From: Octopus sinensis
Taxonomy: Eukaryota
DNA: 64,000 nt
Assembly (NCBI RefSeq): GCF_006345805.1
Contig: NC_043000.1
Location: 27,404,001-27,468,000, forward strand
Direction of reading: 5' to 3'
Part shown: positions 37,638 to 51,145 of the stretch, piece by piece
Position numbering within the stretch: the stretch's first letter is position 1
How the letters are laid out: the number at the start of each line of letters is the position of its first letter
The notes under the pieces: model-generated
The model's input: the letters and a program-made list of their open reading frames with translations, nothing else
Told to the model about the DNA's origin: nothing
The model's database searches: none
Made by a program: the position numbers and the translations under genes

Positions 37638-38329
37638 AGTGAGGTGAAATAAAGCTAGGGAGATGCATGAGGGAAAGTACGAGACAGAGAGAGAAAGAAA
37701 TAGAGAAAATTGAACGTAAGATTTGAGCAAATAGAATTGAGAGAAAATAAATGCTGAATCGCTTTCTTGTTATAAACATAATTCAGGCAAACATAATCAT
37801 CCATTCATAAAGGAATAATACTGCATCGTATTTTCACTGACAGAATCTGCATCCTTTTCAGAACGTTTGCTTTGTTTCATCTTCGCTGACATCCGCCATT
37901 TTTTTTCCTTTCCTTTTTATCATAAAACACATAAATGCACAGTAAATAATTTTTCCTACAGCTGCCTTATTTTACCAACTGAATAACCATATAAACAAAG
38001 CCACAAATACGTGTGCGTCTGAGCGCACACGACCGTAGCCGTACATGCAACACAATTCAGACACACAATCACGAGACTACACGCACAAACAAATAAATTT
38101 ATGTATATAGAACCTGACAAAAAAAAAAAAGAATGAAAATAATAACTGCGATACAACTACACATGTCAATCAACATCAGACTATGCGTTTTCTAAACACT
38201 CTTTAAATACATACAAATGCATAATGCATTTCCGTCTCTATTCACATACTTACGCGCATACAATCTCACGTACATATGTACGATATACAAATGCAAGCGA
38301 TTGCACGATACACCTATACACCGAACACT

Positions 38330-38350
38330 CACACATACACACACATGTAC

Positions 38351-38417
<67 letters not shown>

Positions 38418-38710
38418 AATATATATAGACCCTACATACATATATATATATATAATATATATATATACACCTACATACATACATAGAGACATACATATAT
38501 ATATTATATATATATATATTATATATATATATATATATATGTATGTATACATATGTATACATATGTATTTAATATATATACATACATAAACATACATATG
38601 AATATATATACACATACATATATTTACATATATACACAAACACACACATATATATACACATGTACATGTATGTATATATATGTGTGTATGTGTGTATGTG
38701 TATGTATGTA
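38330..38710. repeat. (TA)n/(CA)n microsatellite
   Basis: Direct reading. Confidence 0.95.
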
Positions 38711-39144
38711 TCTACGTTGTTTGTTCCTTTTAGCCATGGCAATCAAGATCATGATGGGGTATCATATTCAGAGTTGAACGCCTTATGTTTTGTACTGCCT
38801 CTGTTTATATCTGCACATCCAGTGATTTTCTTGGCATCTCCTTTCGGAGGTTGTTCCGTGTAGGTTGTAGCCTTTTGCAGTTCGCTGCATTTGTATGTAA
38901 ACCCCCCCAAAAAAACGTGTCATGAAGCGTCTTTTTCTCTCCATTCTGTTCTCTTTCCCCACTCTCTCTCCCTCTCACTGTCTTTCTTTGTGCTTATATA
39001 TATATATATATATATATATATACAAAATATTACATTAATATAAAAGGGCTTAGTAAAATAAATTACTTTGCCACATACTGAACTCATTAGAAATAGCAGC
39101 CCAAAAAGTTTTTTAGCTATTTCTAATACTTAAAGAAAATTTCT

Positions 39145-39194
39145 CTCAGATAGTGTTTACTCAGAATAGTGTTTACTCAGATAGTGTTTACTCA
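39145..39194. repeat. Three-copy ~16-bp tandem repeat (ctcagatagtgtttac)
   Basis: Direct reading. Confidence 0.85.
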
Positions 39195-39687
39195 ATTGTT
39201 GAAATTATATATATATATATATATACATGTCTATATATATCCGTAAATATCGCACAATGAATAAGAGTGTTCAATACCTCATTGCATAACGTTTTCTTAT
39301 TTGTGTATTAAGGCTAATATTCTCTCTCCGTTCTTTTTTGACTCCCGGACTGTTCCATTCTCTCTCTCTCTCCCCCTCTCTCTCCCCCTCTCTCTCTCTC
39401 TGAAAACACACACACAGACACACACACACACACACACTCACAAACATACACTCACACACTTACGCACACAGAGTATATCATACACTTTCCAGTTTCAAAA
39501 CGTCTGCTTGAAGCTCGAGAGTCCATATCATAGTAACTCACAGCAAGCATTATCATTATGATTAAAATAAAATTACCCTCCCCACCTTCCACCACTCAAA
39601 AAGGCCATTTCTACTCATATTTTCAAATATATATATATACATATATACATGCACACACACACACACACACACAAGCGCGCGCATGTA

Positions 39688-39849
39688 GTCTCAGGAGTGG
39701 CTCAGTGGTAAATAGATTGCTTACCAACCACATAGTTCCGGGTTCAGTCCCACTACATGGCATCTTGGGCAAGTGTCTTTTACTATAGCCGTAGACCGAC
39801 CAAAGCCTTGGGAATAGATTTGGTAGACGGAATTTGAAAGAAGCCAGTC

Positions 39850-39888
<39 letters not shown>

Positions 39889-40115
39889 TTATATATATAT
39901 ATGCATGTATATATGTATATATATAAATGTATATATGTGTGTCTGTGTTTCCCCGCCCCTAATCAATGTTGACCTGTTAAGTCCCCGTAACTTCGGCGAA
40001 AGAAAGCGATAGTAGTGCTAGACTTACAAAGAATAAATCCTGGCGTTGATTTGTTCCACTAAAGGCGGTGCTCCTGCATGGCCGCTGTTAAATGAATAAC
40101 AAATAAAAGAGTAAC
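39688..40115 (+). mobile_element. SINE family S1, full length
   Basis: Head, internal TA tract, tail aaaggcggtgctcctgcatggccgc. Confidence 0.9.
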
Positions 40116-40574
40116 ATGAGTAATATCTTAACAATGTTTGAAGCCGATCATATTATTAAGGTATTAAGATATTTTTTATTATGAAACCTATGGTAGCCTT
40201 AACATACAAAGAATGTTATCCACGAATGCGGTGTTGAGTACTCATTATAGTTGTTCGACATTTACCTTTCAATGCTTACGAGGACTCCAAACACATGATA
40301 AGGAATAAATATGAACAAAGGATCAAAACAAACCGTGGGAAGGACCGAAATAAAGACATCATTGAAGTAGATATATGCGTGTTTGAGTGTGTGTGTGTGT
40401 ATGTGTAGATATACACACACATGGACATACGCACGCGCACACACGCACAAATACAACGGGCTTTCCCAATGTTTTTGTCTTTCAAATTCAAACCAGGCCT
40501 TGATTAGCCCGGGTTTATAGCGGAAAACACTCGCCTAAGGTGCCGTGTAGCGGCAAGGAACACTAAGCCTCGTA

Positions 40575-40816
40575 CAGTTCCATATTTAAGAGATGAGGAA
40601 TTATGTACATTATTTATATTATTTACATTATTTACATTTGACGGATATGTGTCCTCATCTTGTTTGTGGTTAAAACAACGCTTCGACTGATATACCCTGC
40701 AACCTTCACCAGGTGTCTTGGGTAAATTTCGAACCTGGGCATATGGCGTAGCGGTCAAGAGCGCGGGTTACTAACACCAAGATTCCGAGTTCGATTCCAA
40801 GCAGTGACCAGAACAC

Positions 40817-40858
<42 letters not shown>

Positions 40859-40863
40859 TGATG

Positions 40864-40895
<32 letters not shown>

Positions 40896-41060
40896 CATAA
40901 CATAAAAAAAATACCTTAGGAATGAGAACCCAGGTTCGAAATTTCCCCAAGACACCTGAAGAAGGCTGGGGGGTATATCAGCTGAAACATTAGCAACAAG
41001 CAAAACGAGGACAAATATCCGTCGTATGTAAATAATGTAAGTAATATGCTAAACCTCGGG
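40575..41060 (+). mobile_element. Composite: inverted pLTR + tRNA-like head + (TAA)n + pLTR (family 3) with degenerate hammerhead motifs
   Basis: Arms 40575-40740 (-) and ~40925-41045 (+); A box tggcgtagcgg and B box gagttcgattcc at 40737-40800; acac-CUGAAGA-aggcug...cagcu-GAAAC at 40952-40991. Confidence 0.7.
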
Positions 41061-44048
41061 TTTGTAATGGAGCTTCTTTAGCCACACAGCCACGCCTGCG
41101 CCTATTAAATTCTTTGTTAAGTGTTATGTTGTGACGCATAATTATAAACATTTATGTGTCATATGCCAATTTATTAATTTCATTGTATTCACGTATGAAA
41201 GAAGCAGAAAAGTGAAAAACGATATTTTAAAAATTTGTTTAATTTTCAGTTTTTTCGCCTCTATTGTTGACGCTAATACTAGAATGCGTATTTTTTAGTC
41301 AGCTATTGGTATATATTTATATACATTGATTCCAGATTAAGTGTGTTGGTGATTTGTGCTTGTGCGTGTGTTTCTATGTGTGTGTTTGTTCGTGTGTTTG
41401 TAAGGGTGTATCTTTGTGTGTATGTGTTTGTGGGATTTTCGACAGGAAAGTTTGTTTCTTTTTTCATTTATTGCTGTTGAACAACTTGATTTTAGGAGAG
41501 AAGTTTTCTGAGTCTTTTATTCTATTTTAGCTGTGTTTGGATCCTGAATCTGTTTGAAGTATGCGTACTGTATCTGTAACCTTTCGGATTTTCGGAATGC
41601 CTTGATATGTCGGAAGAGTTTTTACTTCAATCATACTTTTTGATCCAGTTTGTTTCTGCATAGTCTGTTGGTAGTACAAATATGTCTCACTTTTAATCAT
41701 ATTCATGCTAGAGTTTCTTTTGAGTGAACTACAAGCTAGTTTTGCTAAATGCGTTATGTTTGTGTTCTTAAATACTTAGAAATGTAGTTTTGGAATTTAT
41801 CAGTTTCAAAAGATTTTGCATATAATAAGAGATGAAATGAATTGTTGTTATCGAGAGCAACAACACAGTTTTCACGAAATTTCTCTTGAGCAAATGACTA
41901 CTGCTGTTGTTGTTGTTAAGCAACAAGACGGGTATGGGTGATTAGGTGATGGTCTAGGACTTAGAGGCGGGAAACCCCAGACCTTGGAGAAAAAAAACTT
42001 TGGTCGAGGGCTCTTCGTTGACGCCCGACACCACTGGGAAGTGGCCCTCGAAGTCGCTGGAAATGGAGATCTCCAGGTCCAAATTCTAGAGTAGATCCCT
42101 AGCTTTATACAAGTCGTACTTATGTGTATTTACAGGAAACATAGAAACAGAGTTAAGATCGTGGAGAATTTAAATTGGTTCAATATACGTCTCGACGCAC
42201 GAGTAGTTCTGTATCAAGTACGTTGTTCTTAATATTTAGTTCCACATGAGTTCTAATTAAGCAAATATATGATAGAGGGTTTCCAGGCATATAGCCTTTT
42301 CTCTTTAAAAGATATACAATTTGATGGACAAGAGTCTACAATTTGTTAGAGATCCCGATGTATATTTTCATTATGCCGGCCAATTTTCTAAGAATGTAGA
42401 AGCATATTGATATATTGTAGAGTCGTATCATCATTGGCTCTGTTTAACTTTGCAAATAAAAGATAAAATTGAAACTTTCCATTCCATTGACGTGTATAAT
42501 ATTTTAAAGAACGCATGCGTGCCAGTAAGTTTGAGATTCGCTACAGTCTTATTACACAGCGACTTGTGCATGTGTCTGCTACCAGAATCTCGAGTCGACT
42601 AATGTTATATGGGAAAAGCTTGATAGACAGAAGAACCAATCATATCATTGATGCACAAACGTAATTCGATTGATTTAGTACTTCGTTGCATCCACTCGGC
42701 TGAAAATATTGAAGTCAATCTCTGGCGTCGCGATAACATCTTCCTTTCTTCCTACCTGTTTCAAGCGCCTGGAATAACATGGACCTTTGACTAAACTATA
42801 AGCAAGGAATATGTAATTTCACAGCATCTAACATTTTACGGGTATAGCAAATGCGCATATATTTTTACTCCCATTTTCTCCATAATTTTTCTGATACACA
42901 TAATTTTTTTTTATCCACATATTCCGTTCTGTCCCAAGATGGATGATTTCACTCCAGCAAACGCCTTGTTTATTCACGAAGTACTATTTCTCGTGGATCG
43001 TTGTATGAAATAAATTGTTAAAATCCGTACCAGAAGGACGCGTGTAGCAGGAATGGGCTCTTTTCAGATTGAAATCACAAACCAGTATAAGGGAAACAAA
43101 CAGGATACCATTTACAATTTAGAGGATTGAATATAATGAAATAAAACTCTGGAGAGAAATTACAATCGGGACACCCATTAATGGAAGCTGTAAAATAGAG
43201 AAATATTATGAACTGCATTTCTTTGAAAACAACTTAAAATTGGTCTATGGCTTATTAGTAATATGTCTTAATGCTTAAGTGTTGCTATACGAAACACTAT
43301 CGAACCTTTCTACGATAATAATATGCAGCAGCGTTCTAATAAAATTCTTAGGAGATAGAGACCTGAAAGTGTGTGACAGAGAAGAATATGACAAATAAAT
43401 GTAACATGGAGACAAGAGAGATTTTAATCTGCGCTAAAGAATGCTGGACGTCAGAGTGTAAACAATAGAGCTAAATGGGTCATTATTGAGTGACTCATAT
43501 TTTCGAAGACAGTATGTCTTATTTGTCAAGTAGATAGGTGTTGTTATTATTTAGCTCCAGGTCAGTTCTGACTGAGCAGATCTATCATTAAAAATATTCC
43601 AGGTGACCTCTTTTTTCCTGACCTTCAAGATTACTACGGGCAATACAAAGTTTCAGATAAAAACAGGTAATTCGCGTCAATATGGTTATTTCTCACATGT
43701 TCACCGAGCGTGTATTTCACCAAATAATTTGAATGTTGTTTACAGTAGCTTTCTTTAAGATCAGTAGTAGCAAAAGAAACTTTCCCCTAACACTTTTAGT
43801 ACAAAATTTATAACTTTCAAACAAATATTTCTATTCGTAGAATAGTTTCCAATTTAGAAAATAGCATGGTGGATTAGACGTTGCATGTAGGGCAAAAATA
43901 ATGTTGATTTATGCCATGAGAAGAATTACACCACAATAAAGTCAAACTTCAAGAAACACTTGTGGAGCTTCATGTCTCATTGTAATTGTAATTTTATAGA
44001 AGTATCTCATAGACGGTAGTAATTACAAAGCAAAATGGAGTATTAAAC

Positions 44049-44049
<1 letters not shown>

Positions 44050-44102
<53 letters not shown>

Positions 44103-44345
44103 ATATACCTATGTATATGCATATACATGTATATATATATATATGTGTGTATGTGTGTATATATATATATGTATATATATACATATATATTTACATATAT
44201 ACATATATATACGTATATCAGTAAATACATGTATACATGTGCATATTTATGCATGTATCTATCTATATATCTTACCATATATATACTTATATATATAATA
44301 TAAATAATATATATATGTCTGTGTGTGTGTGTGTATGCATGCGCA
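44050..44345. repeat. (TA)n microsatellite
   Basis: Direct reading. Confidence 0.95.
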
Positions 44346-44369
44346 CACACATATACATGCATATATAGG

Positions 44370-44530
44370 TACAGGACGTCAAAAAATGTTGAACACAATA
44401 AGAAACGAAAACATTGAAACAAAAACATAGAAACGAACTTTTTTTCAAACTACGAAAAAAAAACAGAGTACATGATATGCAACATAAGGAATATTTCCCT
44501 TCTTCGGTTGTCCCTGTTTCATCTACTCCG
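44370..44530. repeat. Dispersed repeat family (see 33737-33950)
   Basis: Sequence similarity. Confidence 0.75.
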
Positions 44531-45249
44531 CGTTTTCGAAGGTAAGGACAAATATATATATATAATTATACATACGGTATAGAGTAGAGAAGAGGAAGAA
44601 ATAGAGGTACAAACGGATATTATCGGTCATTCTATATATTTCGGAATAATGAAGAGGTGAATTGCAAGATTAATGCTTGTGTTACTGTTACGGTCGTTGA
44701 GTGAGATGGTGCCGGGTAAAAATCGTATGGAAAATTTGACACAGTATTTGGTAACAAGTGTGAAGTTAGCTTCGGCGGTTAATGTGAACGTTGAAAGGTT
44801 CTGAACTGTCTACGAAAATAGTGAACTTAGCAATGTAAAAAAGGCGGAGTGTTACCGTGAATTCGGAAGTAACAAGAGTCCAGCCGAAAAAGCAAACCAT
44901 TAAAAGAAGATAGAAAGTAACCCATTAGACTGGTGAACAAAGAAAAAGAACTCACCACAAGACATTTACACATTTTAGAGGTAAATGAAAGAACTCTGTA
45001 AAAACTCTCTAAAGATCTGTTTATTTATTCCATAAGTCTTATTGGCCTCTTAATTCAAGTTCTTGTATTTTGGTTATGTTTTTGTTTGTTATTTTCAATC
45101 GATCTTACTTCTTTGACAACTGCTTCTTCTAAGCAAGTCGGTTTGCTGAGCTCGCCTACGCGGTCTTCTGAATTATTGAACACAGACTGTTGTGTTGTAC
45201 GTGGTTTCGAAATGCTGCGTGCTGCATATATATATATATATATATATAC

Positions 45250-46110
45250 GGTTAAGTAATTGAGATTCTAGTGAATTCTAAAGAATTCACATGAATATGG
45301 TCCTTAACTAGGATGCACCGGATATCTATATGGTGTTAACCATACGACAAGTGGGGTGATTACAAATAGGAAAAAAGCAACAAGAATGGATTAAAATCTC
45401 GGTACGATCGTTTCGTACGAGGACATCTTTAATAAGCTACAAAAAATGCAGTGAATACAGATGGCTCGTACTCGTCAGTCGAAAACATATCAGAGAATTC
45501 CCAAACATCAAAGGGGTAGATACAAAAGAGGTTGTAAGATTAACTGCATTGAAGAAAGTTCGATTCATGGAGATCCGATGAAAGGTTTTAAACCTATAGA
45601 ATTTATGCATGTCTACATATAGCTCATATTGAATATTTGATTAAGTTGTATGAAGAAATTTTCGGATACAGTCGTGCAAAATTTCTGAAAATCCGAGTAA
45701 GAGGCAAAGTGACTGCCATATCATGTAGAGGAAAGTCTGAGTAAAAACATAGTGACTGTCATATCGTGTAGAGGAACAGATTGTTATTGAAATTTACAAG
45801 AATCGCAGATAAGTTCGAGTTTTTGGAGATCCGATGAAAAAGTCTTGAACTTACAAAATTTGTGTATGTCCTTATAGTTCATAATCCAGTTTTGTGGAGA
45901 GATTTAGGGTACAATCATGCGAAAATATCAGGGAATCCGAATGAGAAGCAAAATGACAGTCTTATATTGTAGTGGTTCAGGTTGTTAATGAAATTTTCAA
46001 GAATCACAGAAAGAGGAGGAAGGGGGTAGGAATTTAATCAGTTACTGCTATTTAAGCTGTCAAAGAGAAAGGAAAGGGGAAGCTAAGGGGATGGGCACAA
46101 TTTGATACTA
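45250..46110 (-). mobile_element. PLE 3' fragment with pLTR (family 1, diverged)
   Basis: 45250-45500 is similar to the reverse complement of 10372-10625; internal ~270-bp duplication; purine tract at the right end. Confidence 0.7.
45397..45484 (-). ncRNA. Minimal type I hammerhead ribozyme (family 1, diverged copy)
   Basis: uuucga-CUGACGA-GUACGAG...CUCGUAC-GAAA-CGAUCG-UA-ccgaga; one mismatch at the 1.1/2.1 pair. Confidence 0.7.
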
Positions 46111-46529
46111 ACAAAAAAGTCTAAGTTTGTTTAGAACAAAATTCGAACTGAGGTCAACAATTTATTTCTTTATTTATAAATGTTACTATTAATAGATTGT
46201 CAGGTTACAAAGAGGTCATTAGAAAGGAAAGAAAAATGGGGTTGTTTTTAAATGAAATTAAACAATTATATTATTATTATACTAAACTATAATACACTAC
46301 ACTATATTATATTATATTATTTTGATATATTATATCACATCACAATACACTACGATAGGTCTGGGATTAGCAGAATTAATTTTTAAAGTGTAAAAGAAAT
46401 TAAGAGATTTAACTAACTAATATTTGTAATGGGATAAAAAATAGACTAAGAAATGGAGATAAAAATAGAGCAAAATTTAATTTATTAATAATATGGTCCA
46501 ATAGAAATAAATCAAATAATTTAAGTCAA

Positions 46530-46536
46530 TAAGTAT

Positions 46537-46567
<31 letters not shown>

Positions 46568-46659
46568 ATATATATATATATACATATACATATATATATA
46601 TATCTATATATATATGTATTATAAAAATTCATATATATATGTGTATATATATATATAAG

Positions 46660-46703
<44 letters not shown>

Positions 46704-46920
46704 TATATAATATATATATATATATATAATATAGTTATATACATATATAAGTATATATAATATGTATAAATATGCATATATATTATTATATGTATGCATA
46801 TATATATAAACGTGTATTCATATATTTATATATATACATATATATATATGTATATATATACATATATATATATATGTGTGTGTGTGTCTGTATGTATGTG
46901 TATATATATGTGTGTATACA
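46530..46920. repeat. (TA)n microsatellite
   Basis: Direct reading. Confidence 0.95.
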
Positions 46921-47399
46921 TGAATTAAACGAAAGAAAATATTCAAAATTCAATCGGCAATTAACTTTATTTATAAGCTGATGAGAACTTTCTATTAATA
47001 TAATAAAGTAGATAATAAATTTCTCTCATTAGGCTATCAAGTGATATAAACGTAGCTAAGCAACCATGAATCAAGACCGCTTAGGAGTCTATAAAATTTT
47101 GAAGATTATGAATAGAACAATTAGTCGGTTTTGTTGAGGCGATCAAATTTGTTGTTGCTACTTATTTCACGTCAATATGTTTTGTTTAACGAGTTTTCAT
47201 ACTTCGAAATAGTATGGCATATCATTGTTGATACTACGAAGAAGGCAACTAGCTGGTAGAGTTGCTATCATGCCTAGTTGTGGTTGAGAAAAAGTAAAGT
47301 GAATTGACATGAAGGACAGAAAGATATTTAAATATTGGAAAAGAGTTACTTGTATCGGGATGATTGACGCTGGCTAATTAAATTTTAACACCATGATGC

Positions 47400-47950
47400 T
47401 GCGCAATGCTCTGTGAACATTGTAAAAACAGGATGACGCTACGTGAACACGCTAAGTGGCAAACACGAAGCTGTGGCCAGAAGAAGTATCACAATTGTCG
47501 TTCTAAATGTCTCCGAATGCCGGAATTTATCCCTGAAACTGAACAAGTCCTTAGGCATAATTCGGATGATTATGCGAAACTTTTGGAAAATATGGTCTAT
47601 CCCTGGCTGGATCGAGTTGTTGCTACACCTGACGGCAGGATTCGCCTTGTTGCCATACCTCCGGAAAAAGGTCAAAAGTGGTTGTCGGAGAATTGTTACG
47701 ACTTCATCAGCCCCAGTTTCTGGTCTTTAAGCTCCTACGAGTGGTATACCTTAGATTACTATATGCTGAGGAATGTTGATGGAAACACTAGCCGCTCTAT
47801 CTGGAACATTATGGTGAGCAGGATCAACGTGTTCCACGATCTTCCCAAGGACACAGCGATGAACGTGTATGCCAGTTTCTGGAGCCATCTTGATGCCATG
47901 ATAGAAGCTAAAGGGAGCTACTTGAAGTACCCAGCCATAATCAAGTTGAT
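47400..47950 (+). mobile_element. Tc1/mariner (maT/DD37D-like) transposase remnant
   Basis: MPEFIPE...NSDDYAKLLENMVYPWLDRVVA...QKWLSENCYDFISPSFW...LDYY; same family type as 28200-28745. Confidence 0.7.
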
Positions 47951-48129
47951 ATATTTAGATTTTTCTCAAAATACCTTATTTTCTGGGGTGGGATATTGTG
48001 TGTTTTTCCCCCGCTTCCTTTATGCATATTGTTAACCTTAGACTGAGCGCCATGTAAGCAAATAATTGCGACCTCTGTTTTCTAGTCTTAGGCTTTGTGA
48101 AAGGGTGTGTCAACACATATCTATATCGA

Positions 48130-48377
<248 letters not shown>

Positions 48378-49409
48378 GGGTCGACCTTGAGTGACTCCAT
48401 CACAACAAAAGCATTCTATAGGGGATTAGTGGAGGGGAGGTACGACGACGAGCTCGGGGCGAACCTGGACGTCGACGAGGAATACCTGACCCGCTTGTTC
48501 GGGACGACTTTCGGGCCAGGGCCCATGGACAACTTTCAGAGATCCCTGGCCTGGCAGTGCTACCAAGAAGCGCTACCCATTCGGGATAAGCTCTACAGAC
48601 ACGGCTCGAGAAATACGGGGCCGACCTGCCCGAGATGCGGTCAGAGCGACGAAACCGTTCTGCACGCAATCGTGCAGTGTCCAAGAATTTCCGACGTGTG
48701 GGCTTATGTCGAACAACTGCTGTCACGTGTGGGACGTGTCGGTTTATCAGCTGAGTCTATCGTCAATATTGTTACGCCTCCTTCCTCCAATCATCCTTGT
48801 GGCTATGGCGAAAGAATGTGTCTGGTGGACGCGTCTGAAAGGATTGGAGACAAACACTTTCCTCATCAATTTTTTCAAGTACCACTTGAAAAGGAAAGTG
48901 AGAGTACAGAGGCAAGTTTTGTCTAGCGAATGTTTTAAAAAAAGATGGGTGAATATAGCAAGGATGACACCTATGAATGACGGAGCCACCTTGTGCATAA
49001 TCCTATGAACCCAGAAATTGAAAACAAATGTGGTAACATATAACAATATTGACCGATGTTACCGTGGTTTTTTTCGTAGGCTTTTCTTCCCACGGATAAA
49101 CCTTATCTGCTTCCCCCTTTACACCGTACATCATGACACTGTGATACACGATCCCTATTGATCGTTTTTTTTTCTCTTCCCCTTTTTTCCTCTTTTTTCT
49201 TCTTTTTTCGTTTTTCTTTTCTTTTGTTACTTTTCCTTCTTTTTCCTTCTTCATTTTTCCTTTTACGATCCCTTTTGATCGAAAACCTACGCCACTTTCT
49301 TTTGTTTCTTTTGTTTTTTGTCTTTTGTTTTTTCATCCCCTAAAAGAAAAGCTCTACCTTATAATTTGTTCCATCTGTGTGCAGCCCTGTGTGGCCAATA
49401 AAGAAACTC
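48378..49409 (+). mobile_element. L1/Tx1-clade LINE 3' fragment (zf-RVT region + 3'UTR)
   Basis: AWQCYQEALPIRDKL...CPRCGQSDETVLHAIVQCP...VW; frameshift near 48790; T-rich UTR; AATAAA at 49397-49402. Confidence 0.9.
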
Positions 49410-49625
<216 letters not shown>

Positions 49626-50502
49626 TGCCAGCCGTTTCTTTTGTTATTAGAGATTTACTAAATTAATGTTAGTGATCTCTGATCGCTAGTTTGCAATACC
49701 AATTTAGAAACATCTAAATGTCTAACATTTTGAAGATCTTACAAGAATTTAATAAGTCGATGTGCTCGCGGTGAGCAGCGAGAATCAAAACAATGAATTA
49801 AATATCTATTCTTGCTATGTTCTGACAGATTCGAACGGGAATGTGTTAATCACTGTTGTGTAAGTCACAGGAGAACATCTCCTTAACGACAAAAACGTGT
49901 TTATATTACACTCGATTCATATGCAATAAAGATTCTGGGACACCAGAATGTTTCGTCTACTAGAATTTTTCCGTAGAAATTCATTGCTCGAAAATATCTT
50001 CCAGAAAAAAACAGTGTTTATTGTTATGTTGGTGGTGTGGAAGACAATGGGGATGGCAAGAAGCGGAAATGCACGCAAGGGACTTAAATTAAATGGAAGT
50101 GGCATGTTTACACCAAAGTTAGTTATGGAGAGGCCGCAATAATAAATAACAGTAGACGAGACTAATTAACGTCTTAAATGTATGTTGTGTTTAGAATAAT
50201 TAAATATTCGCATAGGAAAGTTTTGATGTATTAGTGAAGACTGAAGAATGATCATTAAAAATGTCTGATTAAAATTGTACATTTGTCAATAGACATTGTT
50301 TCTGATATCAATTCTTAATTAGGAATATAAAAACCAATCTTTTTTTTTTTGTCGCTATCAACATTAAGCGGGAAATCGTTACTATATACCACCAAGAATT
50401 TGATACACTGCCAAGAATATATATTAAAGTTAATCCTCCCGATCATTCGGTTTTCAATAAGTTCAGAGGGTGGGTTTTACAATAGTATTGTGTATATATA
50501 TA

Positions 50503-50543
<41 letters not shown>

Positions 50544-50705
50544 CATCCACGTCTACATACATATGAATGCACAAAAAACATAAAGTGATTGCATATACGC
50601 GGTGTGTCTGTATGTTAATGTGTACGTAACTATATATTACATATATAATATACATGTATAAATATATATACGGATGCACAAATCTACGCACGGACTCACA
50701 TACAG

Positions 50706-50752
<47 letters not shown>

Positions 50753-51047
50753 GTACATGCATGAATATATATATATATCTAGAAAGTGGGAGTGATGCGT
50801 TGAGAGAGAAAGAAACCACAAGAATCTGACACATTTGTAAAATAGCCTTATCGGATTTCATATTATAGAGAATAAACACCGTATACATATATGTATGCGT
50901 ACAAATGTACAAAAATACATATATATTTATATATGCGGGAACACATGCTTGTACACATTCATACATACGTACATGCACACATATGTGCTTATATACATAC
51001 GTATTTACACAAATTTACATTTCTACATATATGTGCATATATTTATG

Positions 51048-51090
<43 letters not shown>

Positions 51091-51107
51091 CAAAAGTCAT
51101 GCATATA

Positions 51108-51145
<38 letters not shown>

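Noticed and set aside
40737-40812. Possible tRNA gene
   Set aside because: A and B boxes are present, but the acceptor and anticodon stems do not pair and there is no T-run terminator; it is a SINE-type head.
41400-41860. Possible decayed PLE or LINE ORF on the minus strand
   Set aside because: No diagnostic motif could be read.
46970-47060. CTGATGA ... AAACGTA
   Set aside because: GAAA is absent and helix I and helix II do not pair.
47695-47725. CTGATGA on the minus strand
   Set aside because: Lies within the transposase remnant, with no supporting structure.
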